49,397 nucleotides of DNA from Oligoflexus sp. Lineage in GTDB: Bacteria > Bdellovibrionota_B > Oligoflexia > Oligoflexales > Oligoflexaceae. Of this stretch, positions 28,885 to 38,496 are shown in pieces. The notes below the pieces were generated by a model that searched no databases, was not told where the DNA came from, and worked only from the letters and a program-made list of their open reading frames with translations. Both the position numbers and the translations under genes were made by a program. The stretch is from contig JBGSTX010000318.1 in assembly GCA_041736305.1 (NCBI GenBank), forward strand, positions 1-49,397. Reading direction: 5' to 3'. Every line of letters starts with the position of its first letter. The first letter of the stretch is position 1.

Positions 28885-29945
28885 CGGCAAAGTCCTTCTT
28901 TGCCGCTGCGTTTTTTCATCGGGTCATACCAGAGCTCGGTAATGTGCCGACCAGCGCCACCGGCAAGATCGTGGTGGACATGCACGACCACATCGACCAC
29001 CAAATACAGCAGCCGCCGGATAACTTCATAAGGTAACGTGCGTCCCTGCCGGTTCTGCAAGACCATCAAGGCGAGCCGTTCAAACGTCAATTCACAGGAA
29101 CCCGCGTGGCAGCTTGTAATGCTGCCGCCGTGGCCTGAAGCAGCCACGTTAATGAAATCGAATGTCTCGCCGCTTCGCAGCTCGGCCAGCAGAATGCGTG
29201 TCGGCTTCATGCGAAGGCAGCTTTTCAGTAATGCAGCGGCCGTAACTTGCGCGTTGTCTTCCTCCTTAACTTCGCTTGGATAGAAGAGGTGAACGTGGTT
29301 TGGGTGATTTGGTAAGAACAGTTCAGGCACATCTTCGATAGTAATGATGCGTTGATCCGTTGGAATCTCTTGCAGCAAGGCTTTCATAAAGGTGGTTTTA
29401 CCCGAGCCGGTTTCTCCGGCTACAACGATGACTTTTTCAAGCTGAACAGCTCGACGCAAAAACTCAATGAAGTTACCTTCCTTCTTAAGCTTTAGCAGCC
29501 CGTGTTCCTGATCCGTTAAGTCGCCAGTTAAGGGCTTGATATGCTCGAAAAAACCTTGTTGCTCATAATCGCCTAAGGTGCGGACTTTGAATGAGGGTTT
29601 TCGGATAGTGATCGAAACCGTTCCATGCTCACAAGCAGGCGGAAGGACGATTTGAACACGTTCACCCTTAGGAAGAATAGCGGACAGAATAGGTCGACTT
29701 TCCGAAACGTCACCACTGGCAAACCGAGCCGTGGCCGTCGCCAGCGATAATAGATGCTTTTCCGTGAGATCTTCCACGTAGTGCCTTTCCCATACGCTTT
29801 GACGCTCGCAGAAAACTTCAAAAGGTCGATTTACGCAAATCTCGGTAATTTCGGGATCATCCAGCCACTTTTTTGCAAACTCAAGGTGGTAGTTGAGCGA
29901 TATCGCGCGATCGATTGAATTTATACGGTCATTGGGTTGCAACAT
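28881..29945 (-). CDS. virB11: VirB11 ATPase
   Basis: EICVNRP, GETGSGKTT, ITIED and LRMKPTRILLAELR motifs. Confidence 0.95.
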   Translation of the reverse strand: MLQPNDRINSIDRAISLNYHLEFAKKWLDDPEITEICVNRPFEVFCERQSVWERHYVEDLTEKHLLSLATATARFASGDVSESRPILSAILPKGERVQIVLPPACEHGTVSITIRKPSFKVRTLGDYEQQGFFEHIKPLTGDLTDQEHGLLKLKKEGNFIEFLRRAVQLEKVIVVAGETGSGKTTFMKALLQEIPTDQRIITIEDVPELFLPNHPNHVHLFYPSEVKEEDNAQVTAAALLKSCLRMKPTRILLAELRSGETFDFINVAASGHGGSITSCHAGSCELTFERLALMVLQNRQGRTLPYEVIRRLLYLVVDVVVHVHHDLAGGAGRHITELWYDPMKKRSGKEGLCR

Positions 29946-31095
29946 CGTACACACTCGAAAAGTCTAGGTCGCGAGCCACGTAGATACCAACTTGCTCGCC
30001 CTGGTTTTTGTAAAGTGTCGGCGGGATATTAATGGTGTTTTTCAACGTTTCCACCCCCATGTTTTGAGCCGCATCTCCGGTGCCGTTGAAGTTGATTTGA
30101 TTATTGCCGCCGCCACCCGTATTCGATGTGATGCCGCGAGCCACGTCGTCAATCATGCTGATCATGATCGCACCGCCAAAGCGCTGCCAAAAGTGATCAT
30201 CAATATATCCAGGAACACCAGAGCCGCCGAGTTGGTCGGTTCCCCCAGAGTCCAGATTGATAACGACTCCATTCGGAGTTTTGATGCGAGTCCACACCAC
30301 GCCGATGCGTGCCATGCCTTGCCGCATGTTCGATTTGTATTCCCCGGAGGCGGTAGAACCGCGTTCCAGGAGCAGGACCTTGCCGTTATCGCTGTATATG
30401 TTGCGCGTGATGACACAAGCCGTCATGCCCGGAATGGTAGAATCGAGACGCGTTTGCAGCGCGCAATCAATGAAGCTGCCCTTCGCCAGAATGAAATTCT
30501 GGTTGCCGATCATCGCGGCCATGCGCATCGGCGTCCGCGTGCCTGACAGCATTTCAGCCATAGGGCCGCTCTGTTGGCCTTGTTCGCTGCCGTTCGCTCC
30601 TTGGATCCCTTGGCTAGTTTGGGAGCCTCCAGTGCTAGTGCTTCCTCCAACAGCCGTGAGCGAGGAACCTAAACTGTCCTGTCTTCCTCCAACAGCCATA
30701 AGCGAGGAACCCGCTTTGTCCAAGAGGTGAGAGGACTTGCTGTTGCTTCCAATCGCCGAGTCTGGAAGGGGCGGTGCTCCTGCTAGAGCTGGTGTCCGGC
30801 CTTGTTCGGGTGCAGGCGACGGTGACGGTGCTGAAGGCGGTTCGGCAAATGTGCGAGCGGGAACGGCGCTTGTAAGCTGCAAATTCTTCTGCACTGCTCC
30901 CTGGCTCTCCTTGGCCAAGTTATTATTGTATTTCCAGTAGCCGACACCGATTGCAGCGCAAAGAACCAGTAGCAGAGAAATCAAAATTAAACCGCGCTTC
31001 GCAGTCGATGGGCCGGTGTCGTTGACGCTAGGCAAGCCGCGCTCTTCGCCTGGCAGTGTGCCAACAATTTGTTCAATGGATTGTTGAGTTGCCAT
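29929..31095 (-). CDS. virB10: VirB10/TrbI
   Basis: Transmembrane segment plus Pro-rich linker; KGSFIDCALQT, D.LGGSG, HFWQRFGGA and IPPTLYKNQG motifs. Confidence 0.95.
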   Translation of the reverse strand: MATQQSIEQIVGTLPGEERGLPSVNDTGPSTAKRGLILISLLLVLCAAIGVGYWKYNNNLAKESQGAVQKNLQLTSAVPARTFAEPPSAPSPSPAPEQGRTPALAGAPPLPDSAIGSNSKSSHLLDKAGSSLMAVGGRQDSLGSSLTAVGGSTSTGGSQTSQGIQGANGSEQGQQSGPMAEMLSGTRTPMRMAAMIGNQNFILAKGSFIDCALQTRLDSTIPGMTACVITRNIYSDNGKVLLLERGSTASGEYKSNMRQGMARIGVVWTRIKTPNGVVINLDSGGTDQLGGSGVPGYIDDHFWQRFGGAIMISMIDDVARGITSNTGGGGNNQINFNGTGDAAQNMGVETLKNTINIPPTLYKNQGEQVGIYVARDLDFSSVYDVATQ

Positions 31096-31970
31096 CAGTT
31101 GGTTCCCCCAGATTTAAGGATGCGTTTGACGCCCGGAACCGTTGTTCCCTCGTTGGGCGGGATACCATCAGGGTTGAAGCTTTCGTTGTAGATGCCCACG
31201 ACTGCCTTGCCGAGGCGCAGAACCATTTCTCGCGAGACACGATGAAGCACCAAAGTATCAGGGAATGCCGGGTCTATGTGGCTATTGACAAGGCTTTCCG
31301 TCTTGTCAGCTGCTACCAGAAATGCTGAAGGAAAATCTCGGTTATTCGGGAACTTTAGATAGGTAAAGCGGCCGTCGTCATAAGCCATCGTGGGGGCGAT
31401 GTTGTCCGACGCATCACCGATCTGCATCGAGTAGTTCCAGTTGCGTGGCTCAGGCTTTCCGTCGAGCGCCGCTCGAATTTTCTCCTTGGCAGATAAACTT
31501 TTATCGTTCGCCAGTTCGTCGCCCGGATACCTGAATTCAACCCGGTACGAAATGCTTTGATTGGCGGGTGCCTTGCCGCTGTTGTTGGAACCTGGCAAGA
31601 GATGCAAATCCAAGTCGTACATCCGCAAGTTAGTCGTCACCATGAGGTTAGTGTCCCACTTGCCGGGCTCGGGTGACATTGCCGGCTGACCTTGTTCACT
31701 TTTTATCGACTTGGCTTTGATGTAGAGGATATTGCGGCGATCTGAAAACTCCCATCCTTGAGTGAAGCCCGAAGCAACATCGAGGATCGCTTCGTTCGGC
31801 GCGAATACGATTCGTGTACCAATCCCGGCAACAGAACGGATCACAACCACATCGCCGGAATTATAGTTTACGTATTGAATACGGTTGTCGAATTTTGAGC
31901 TTTGCGGCACGTCGGCCGCATGCGCGCTGCCAGTGGCAAGCAATGAGAGAATGAGGGAGTATTTTTTCAT
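31095..31970 (-). CDS. virB9: VirB9
   Basis: DNRIQYVNY, TNLMVTTN.R.Y, NWNY, YDDGRFTY and LVN motifs. Confidence 0.93.
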   Translation of the reverse strand: MKKYSLILSLLATGSAHAADVPQSSKFDNRIQYVNYNSGDVVVIRSVAGIGTRIVFAPNEAILDVASGFTQGWEFSDRRNILYIKAKSIKSEQGQPAMSPEPGKWDTNLMVTTNLRMYDLDLHLLPGSNNSGKAPANQSISYRVEFRYPGDELANDKSLSAKEKIRAALDGKPEPRNWNYSMQIGDASDNIAPTMAYDDGRFTYLKFPNNRDFPSAFLVAADKTESLVNSHIDPAFPDTLVLHRVSREMVLRLGKAVVGIYNESFNPDGIPPNEGTTVPGVKRILKSGGTN

Positions 31971-32674
31971 GGGGTACCCCCTACCATTTCAGTATCCACG
32001 CGGTAGCTGAGGACTTGGAACCCAAACGGATTTACTAGCCTGGCGCTTTCCTTGATGAGCGCAGCATTGCGGTATTCATAGGTTACTGTTGCTATCCACT
32101 TGGTCTCTTTGTCTGGCGAGCCTTCTGTATCCGTCCGCTTCGTCGTTTTGATAAAGCGAACCGTAGCCGTGTTGTTCACCCCCGGAACCACGCTTAAAAT
32201 CTTTACCGTAGCTCTAACCGCCTTGCCGTACTGCTTGTCGAGCGCCTTTTCTCCCTCGAAAAGCTGTGCATATTCTCCGCCCACGTTTGCCGATGAGAGA
32301 AGACCGACGGTGTCATAATCTCTTTGAAGAGTGTACCAGTCGTAGGTTTCGCGTGCGCGAACGTACTGAGCCACCCAATACTTGTCCATGACTTCATCGC
32401 CGGTTACCTGCTTATCAGTCATCACTGTTACGATGTCGGGCACGCCTGTTGTGTTATCGACGCGAATCACATATGGCACCGACTCTTTAAGCGGCATCAT
32501 TATTGTGATTGCCACGATGGCAAGGACTACTAACCCGATCGCGATCTTGGCTATCATCCAAGCGCGGTACTCTGATTTTTCGAGACTTTCCATCCGCGAG
32601 GCTTCCCAATTTATGGCCGCCTCAAAGACCTTTTCAGCGGTTGGCGCTTCCACCTTTGATTTTTTTACGAACAT
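31967..32674 (-). CDS. virB8: VirB8
   Basis: PLKE..PY...VD..TG, YVRARE.Y and NPFGFQV.SY motifs. Confidence 0.93.
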   Translation of the reverse strand: MFVKKSKVEAPTAEKVFEAAINWEASRMESLEKSEYRAWMIAKIAIGLVVLAIVAITIMMPLKESVPYVIRVDNTTGVPDIVTVMTDKQVTGDEVMDKYWVAQYVRARETYDWYTLQRDYDTVGLLSSANVGGEYAQLFEGEKALDKQYGKAVRATVKILSVVPGVNNTATVRFIKTTKRTDTEGSPDKETKWIATVTYEYRNAALIKESARLVNPFGFQVLSYRVDTEMVGGTP

Positions 32675-32876
32675 GCTTATTACTCCCTTTAATGTCGTTA
32701 TGGTCAGGCGCAGGAGTTTCAGTTGGAGCTGTCGTCAGAGGTGGTTCAACAGTTGAAGTTTGCGCTTGCTCGTTGATCTTAATGCGCGGCTTACCTGCGA
32801 GTTCAGGAACGACCGGATTCGTGCTTACACACCCTGAAAGGGCGGCAATCCATAGGATGAGAAACGCTTTTTCCAT
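32634..32876 (-). CDS. Small lipoprotein in the VirB7 position
   Basis: Lipobox LSGC, then P....G.PRI.IN; lies between virB6 and virB8. Confidence 0.6.
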   Translation of the reverse strand: MEKAFLILWIAALSGCVSTNPVVPELAGKPRIKINEQAQTSTVEPPLTTAPTETPAPDHNDIKGSNKHVRKKIKGGSANR

Positions 32877-32912
32877 ACGCACAGATCCTTTTTCAAATCG
32901 CCTTTTTAAGGC

Positions 32913-33992
32913 TTATTTCTTAACGGAGCCGCCAGTAGCTTTGCCCCAGTTTTTGCCAACATTAGAGATGACGTGTTGTCGATAGGCCGGGTTCCACATA
33001 GTGTTACCTGCTACCAGGTGATTAGCACGCCGAGCCGTCACCATCATGCCCGATTGCATATCCCTTCGCGTTTTCATAGGATTGAGCTTAGCTTTAGTAC
33101 CCTCGGCAGCTTGGAGGCTGCTCGTCACGGGCGATATTAAGTGCCGGATACCCATGGCGGCCGTTGAGATGCCGCCAGCCAGCCCTGAGGCCATGCCAGT
33201 AGCCTGCAAGATGATCCAGCAAAGAACACCTGTTAGAGAACCAATTTGCAGCGATGCGAACATTGGGTTGGTTTCACCGCTTCCCGAGAAGTCTGCGGCG
33301 GCGATGAATACATCAAAGGCTTTCATTGCAAAGGTCATGATGAATGCCATAACGACAATCGTCACAACGTAGTTCATCACCTGCGAGAACCAACTATCAA
33401 AAAAGCGAGCCGTGACCGGAAACATGAGGGCCATGATAAACAGCGGGCCCAGCGCAAACATTATCGCAAGCGAGAACTTCGCTACGATAATGACCCCTCC
33501 ACCAAGCATTGCGACTAGGACTGTACCTGCCGCAACAATGAGCCCAGCAAAGCCCCAGCCTATTACAGATCCAAAGTTCCAGCCGGCTTCGTTAGCTTTT
33601 TGAAAGCACTGATTGACGATCTCAAAACCCTTGCCTAGTGACTGGTCCAGGATTTGATAGATGGAGACCGGCGTAGCGCTCAGGCTAAGAGCTTCTGATA
33701 GCCCGCTTTCCAGACCATTAATTGCAGCCACGACGCCGTTGACATACAAGTCAACCGTCAGTGCGAAAGCTGCAATGATGATTATTTTCAGGCACTGCTT
33801 CGCGAAGGTCCAAAACGGGGTTTCGACAGCTCCAGTCGATATAGCATAACCGGTCAAAGTTATGTATAACGTAACGCCGGTAAGCGCCAGCATCTGCAAC
33901 GCGAACATAAGATTGGTCGCGGCGGGTTGAACAAAAGCGTCCGTCGCGTTTTTCACCGTCTCACCAATGAATTGGAATACATTCGGGTCCAT
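32913..33992 (-). CDS. virB6: VirB6/TrbL
   Basis: Polytopic membrane protein with GPLFI...FP.T.RFF.SW and ASGLAGG motifs. Confidence 0.92.
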   Translation of the reverse strand: MDPNVFQFIGETVKNATDAFVQPAATNLMFALQMLALTGVTLYITLTGYAISTGAVETPFWTFAKQCLKIIIIAAFALTVDLYVNGVVAAINGLESGLSEALSLSATPVSIYQILDQSLGKGFEIVNQCFQKANEAGWNFGSVIGWGFAGLIVAAGTVLVAMLGGGVIIVAKFSLAIMFALGPLFIMALMFPVTARFFDSWFSQVMNYVVTIVVMAFIMTFAMKAFDVFIAAADFSGSGETNPMFASLQIGSLTGVLCWIILQATGMASGLAGGISTAAMGIRHLISPVTSSLQAAEGTKAKLNPMKTRRDMQSGMMVTARRANHLVAGNTMWNPAYRQHVISNVGKNWGKATGGSVKK

Positions 33993-34012
33993 AGTGTGCC
34001 CCTGCTATTGTG

Positions 34013-34279
34013 TTAGTTTGCTTTTAGGGGTTCCACTGAGATACCACCCTTCGCGCCCCACGTTATCGCCGAAGCTGCGCGGCTGGCGTTCACGCAGTTG
34101 GGTGTCGCCGCAAGTTCGCCAGGATTTGCGTTGCATTTTGCGAGCATTTCGGCGCGTTCTTTGTTGTGTGCCTTATACCAGTCAACGTTTTGAACCACTT
34201 CCGATGGCTTATTCTTCTCGCATCCCACCACCACTGGCAGAGCGCTTACTAGGGCCAAAACAAAGGTAAATTTTTTCAT
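34013..34279 (-). CDS. Entry-exclusion lipoprotein (EexN-like)
   Basis: Lipobox VVGC; VDWY.AH..ER.....C..NPGEL..TPNCVNA; lies between virB5 and virB6. Confidence 0.85.
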   Translation of the reverse strand: MKKFTFVLALVSALPVVVGCEKNKPSEVVQNVDWYKAHNKERAEMLAKCNANPGELAATPNCVNASRAASAITWGAKGGISVEPLKAN

Positions 34280-34293
34280 GACGGTTCTCCTGA

Positions 34294-35016
34294 TCAATTG
34301 TTATTGAAAGTCAGAGGCTGTACCTGAATGCCTTTTTTTGCGCTCCAAGTACGCGCTTGCATTTCACGCTGACGTTGAGCCTGCACTTTATCTTCAGCAG
34401 CCGCGACCATCGCATAGAGCTGTAATTTTGTTTGTTCGTTCTGAATATTCGCCTGCTCGCCAGCGATGCGGCCTTGCAATTCGGCGATAGCCTTTGGGTC
34501 TTGTGTGTCGTTAATTTTTCCCATCAATTGATCAATTTGGTTGATACGCCTTTTGGCTGCGTCGTAAGCATCGAGCGCAAAAGCCTTGTCTTGAGAAGCT
34601 TTCACGGCACGAGCTTCGCACCCCGTGCGTTGATCCGCGATCGTGATGTGAGCGCAACTATCGAACACCTGATTCGCCTCGTAGACGCTTTGACCGCGGC
34701 CGCTCAGGCCGCTATAACCGCCGCTTCTCACGCTGTCATAGACTCCTTTCCAATCGGGCGGTAGATAATCTCTTAGCGCCGGATCGTTCATGATAGTGCC
34801 AAGGCCGCGCGAACCATTAAGCGATTCATATTGCTGCTTGGCTTGGCTAATCTGGCTGATCATCTGATCATATTGCACTTTCCACTTCGCCATGGTCTCG
34901 ATTTGATTTGCTACCTGCGTACCAATGTTGCCAACGTCAGTGACGGGAATCTGGGCCAGTGCCAGGGACGAAGACAGGAACACTAACAGGGTGATGGCTA
35001 AAAGAATCGCTTTCAT
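34294..35016 (-). CDS. virB5: VirB5 minor pilin
   Basis: AQIPVTD, Y.SL.GSRG and D.K.IAELQ.RI motifs. Confidence 0.92.
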   Translation of the reverse strand: MKAILLAITLLVFLSSSLALAQIPVTDVGNIGTQVANQIETMAKWKVQYDQMISQISQAKQQYESLNGSRGLGTIMNDPALRDYLPPDWKGVYDSVRSGGYSGLSGRGQSVYEANQVFDSCAHITIADQRTGCEARAVKASQDKAFALDAYDAAKRRINQIDQLMGKINDTQDPKAIAELQGRIAGEQANIQNEQTKLQLYAMVAAAEDKVQAQRQREMQARTWSAKKGIQVQPLTFNNN

Positions 35017-37501
35017 ATTTATTACCTCGCAGGTGGATTTTTGAAGACGCTACGCGGATCTTGTGACGTTCATGGAACAGAGGAAGCCAAGCGTCGGGGT
35101 CGTCACCGACCTCCGAGATGATTTCATCTAGCAGCTCATTGTTGTCGAGGCTGCCCGATAAGATCACGAGTTCGTCATTGAAACCGGCAAGGTCAAGTCG
35201 TCCAAGCATCGACGTGTGGCCTTGTTTAATAAGGAACATGCGGCTTTCTTCGCCCATGCTTCGGATGATTTCAAATTCCGCGACTGAGCATTTAAAGCCC
35301 TCCGTATATTCGTGGAAGTCGGCCTTTGGATTAGGAAGGTAAATTTCTGTAGCCACTTGCTCTACCAGAGACGAAGCAATCTTTGATTTTAAAAGACTGC
35401 TGGGCATTTGTGTTGCAAAGACGCCAAGCCCATTTTGCTTGCGGATCGTCAATTGCTTATCGCCGGCAAACTCTGAGAACGCTTCATCATCGACCCACTT
35501 CCATGCCTCATCCATGAAGTAAATGAAGCGGCGGCCGTCGATAACAGAATCCATGCGGTGTAGCAAATACATGGATACCGGGGTGCGCACGTCGGCATTA
35601 TCCAAGAATTTTGTACCGTCGATGCCGTAATTACTATGTGTGGTAAAGTCGATTTCATCACTCGGGCAATCCAGCACCCAAGCCAGCGATCCCTGCTTGC
35701 CTCGACCGTCGTCATAGCACCACCGTGAAAGGCGCTTTGCTACACTGTTTTCTCGGTCTTCCTTGTCCCCGCCTTCAGTCATGTTTTGCAGCACAGTAGA
35801 GAGTCGCCTGAGCTCGCGAGGCATGCGCATAACGGTGCGTACAGCATGGCTAATCCGCTGCTCATCCATGGTAGTGACGTTTTTATGCTCGCCGGACACC
35901 AGAACTCGGATCAGCTTTTCAAGGAAGAGGATGTTCGATTCTGTCGGATCCAATTGCATCGGTTGGAAGCCTGTCGGCTTGCCATTTTTTACCGACATGT
36001 ACTTGCCGCCAATAGCCTTGATGCAGAGCTTTGCGCCTTCATCTTTGTCGAAGAAGACCGTCGTGAAGCCCATCGGCGCGTTTCGCTTAAACTTCTGCGA
36101 TTGTACTAGCAAGGCATTCATCAGCACAGTTTTTCCAGCGCCCGACTGACCTATTATGCGGGTATTGCCAAGGAGCTTTTTATCAAAACTGTCTTCATCG
36201 CCCTTTGAGTAATGGAAATTGAAATACAGCGGCTGGCCAGATGGCGTTTTGAATAATGTCACAGCATCGCCCCAAGGGTTGCCATCGCGCTTGCCGGCGG
36301 TGAAGTTGTGAAAGCTGCTCAGCCCTGCGAAGTTCTTACTGGTCAGGCCGGCGACGCGGGGGCGGTAGCTCCAGTTGCACGGCAGCTGTGCGTAGAAAGC
36401 CGCGTCAGTAGCAGTTGCAACAAGAGCCGCAAGAAAGCCCCGATCCTGAATGATCGTCATTGCTGACGTTGTGTTACGACGGACTTTTTCGACAGAATCA
36501 CCGAAAAGCATGAGTGAATAGTGATATTCGCCCATCGCGAATTCGCCTTGGATGAGCTGGTCGATAGCCTCCCTCATTTGCTCGATTTGAGTCGTGCTGC
36601 CGTCTTCCGCGTTCATCAGTTGCTTCATCTGCCTTTCCAAAAACTCCTTGCCTTGGCGTTTTGCCATGAAGCTGTAGGACTGTGTGACGATGTACTCGTA
36701 ATCTTCGTACATTAAGCCGTTCAAAATTCCAGGCTCGGTATGCGCTGTATAGTCCTTGAAGTCCAAACATTGCGCATACCGTGTCGTAGTCGGCGAGCGG
36801 ATTTCAATCGTCTCCGTACCTACGAACACCCACGCAGTGCCTAGATATTCATTGAGTGGTGCCATCGGCACTCGGACCTTCTGCCAATCCCCAGAAATGA
36901 GGAAGTTCAAGAACGTTAGGGCATGCGAACAAAGCACTCCGTTCTCGTCAGCATAAGTGGTCAATTCTTCAATGCCATAGCGGCGCAAACTAGACTCAAT
37001 TTGATATGCAACTTCATCTAGCTTGCGGATAGCTGCACGCTGATCGTTTATGATTTCGGCATGTGAGCGCCTGGCGCTTTTTGCGATCGCCTTGCCGAGC
37101 CTTGAAGGTTCTGGTCGATAAACGACCGTCAAATAGAGTTCGTTTGCCATCATGCGATATCCGGCAAAACTGTCGAAATACTTCTTGTCAAAATCTCGGC
37201 AGAAATTATTGTCAAACGTTGATTGCAGCCTGTCCGATGTCTGACGGCGAACACTGTGCGACCAGAGGGCAACATGATTCGATCCAATGGAGCGGAACAG
37301 CGTGTTTAGCTGATCCTTGCGTAAAAGCATGTCCTCGGCATCGGCAGTCTCAAAGCTGATACCACTCACTTTCCAAATGCGTAAAAAATCACGTTCCTTA
37401 GTGATAATTGTGTTTGCCGAAACGTGGCTGCTGTATGGAACAAAGGGTACGGTGGCTCTTTCGCTGTTTACTTGATTGCTGTATTTTGGTTTAGCAAACA
37501 T
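34937..37501 (-). CDS. virB4: VirB4 ATPase
   Basis: Walker A GQSGAGKT, FDKD, Walker B MDEAW and IRKQNG...FATQ motifs. Confidence 0.96.
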   Translation of the reverse strand: MFAKPKYSNQVNSERATVPFVPYSSHVSANTIITKERDFLRIWKVSGISFETADAEDMLLRKDQLNTLFRSIGSNHVALWSHSVRRQTSDRLQSTFDNNFCRDFDKKYFDSFAGYRMMANELYLTVVYRPEPSRLGKAIAKSARRSHAEIINDQRAAIRKLDEVAYQIESSLRRYGIEELTTYADENGVLCSHALTFLNFLISGDWQKVRVPMAPLNEYLGTAWVFVGTETIEIRSPTTTRYAQCLDFKDYTAHTEPGILNGLMYEDYEYIVTQSYSFMAKRQGKEFLERQMKQLMNAEDGSTTQIEQMREAIDQLIQGEFAMGEYHYSLMLFGDSVEKVRRNTTSAMTIIQDRGFLAALVATATDAAFYAQLPCNWSYRPRVAGLTSKNFAGLSSFHNFTAGKRDGNPWGDAVTLFKTPSGQPLYFNFHYSKGDEDSFDKKLLGNTRIIGQSGAGKTVLMNALLVQSQKFKRNAPMGFTTVFFDKDEGAKLCIKAIGGKYMSVKNGKPTGFQPMQLDPTESNILFLEKLIRVLVSGEHKNVTTMDEQRISHAVRTVMRMPRELRRLSTVLQNMTEGGDKEDRENSVAKRLSRWCYDDGRGKQGSLAWVLDCPSDEIDFTTHSNYGIDGTKFLDNADVRTPVSMYLLHRMDSVIDGRRFIYFMDEAWKWVDDEAFSEFAGDKQLTIRKQNGLGVFATQMPSSLLKSKIASSLVEQVATEIYLPNPKADFHEYTEGFKCSVAEFEIIRSMGEESRMFLIKQGHTSMLGRLDLAGFNDELVILSGSLDNNELLDEIISEVGDDPDAWLPLFHERHKIRVASSKIHLRGNKYESDSFSHHPVSVPVFVPGTGPDSRH

Positions 37502-37507
37502 ATTCCC

Positions 37508-37831
37508 TCACTTGCGTTTTTTGAACGCAAAAGGACTGTAGGTCGAAGCCTTCCAGAACTTTGCGTTGTGATTGTAATTGACGACGCGAAAACGCATTTT
37601 GAGGCCCAAAAGCCTAAATTGTTGATCATCGGACTTGGCGATTTGTCGCATAATTAATATCAACGGAACGAGCAGGGCCGAAAAGAGAATTGTTGTCCAA
37701 ACGCTCACTAAAATGATGCCGCCACTGGCAATGACTAGCGGCACAAGAGGCACGCCGAACATCATCGCTGGCCTGGTGCAACCCTTAAACAGCGGGTCGC
37801 GGGGATCGAAGTCTTCCATTAGTCCGGGCAT
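37508..37831 (-). CDS. virB3: VirB3
   Basis: DPLFKGCTRPAMMFGVP and DDQQFRLL motifs; ATG at 37831 follows AGGAGG. Confidence 0.92.
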   Translation of the reverse strand: MPGLMEDFDPRDPLFKGCTRPAMMFGVPLVPLVIASGGIILVSVWTTILFSALLVPLILIMRQIAKSDDQQFRLLGLKMRFRVVNYNHNAKFWKASTYSPFAFKKRK

Positions 37832-37844
37832 AGCAGATCCTCCT

Positions 37845-38150
37845 TTAGGTGAGAAGGTAACGGGATAGCTCGGCAGCTCCGCCAATGAGCAGGCCACCGG
37901 CGAGAATCTTACTGACTTCGGCAATGTCAGCATGCTTGAAGAGGAACTTGTAGCCGGCTACCATGATGGCGATCGTAACAACACCAATCGAGACACCGCG
38001 CAGGACAATCAGCACGTTTTCCACGAAGGTATTGACCTTGTCCAAACCGCCTTGTGCAAAGGCTGGTTCGAGGGCAATTAACAAAAATCCCGCCATAAAA
38101 GCCATCATTGAAATGATCTTTACATTGCTCGTCTTAGTAATTGTCTGCAT
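37845..38150 (-). CDS. virB2: VirB2/TrbC pilin
   Basis: Signal peptide ending PAFAQ, two hydrophobic helices, GG.LIG.A; ATG at 38150 follows GGAG. Confidence 0.9.
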   Translation of the reverse strand: MQTITKTSNVKIISMMAFMAGFLLIALEPAFAQGGLDKVNTFVENVLIVLRGVSIGVVTIAIMVAGYKFLFKHADIAEVSKILAGGLLIGGAAELSRYLLT

Positions 38151-38496
38151 GTTCAAACTCCAAAAAAGTGTTCGCGTTCTAGTCTTAACAAGGGTTTGGG
38201 CCAGATATAATTGATTGCCATCCATAGCCAAAAACGCTAAGTTAACTTTAGCAAGCACCCAGAGTTTTGAATTCCAGGCAATAGGCGTCCTGCCAGCCGT
38301 ATCCAGTGACCGGCAGGACTGATACACAACGGTCACGATCGTTCCTATGTGCAGGTTTCCCGAATCTCCTTGGCGTGTCGAGTGAAATGCAGAGTTGGAA
38401 AAAATAGTCCTGACAGTGGCAGAAAATTAGGCGCGGATTGCTTTGTTTTTCTGCCAGAAGCTGAGATGCCTGTCAGACTCCAAGGGAGGTTGCTCT

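Noticed and set aside
24074-38214. Many plus-strand ORFs within the T4SS region
   Set aside because: Antisense shadows of well-supported minus-strand vir genes.
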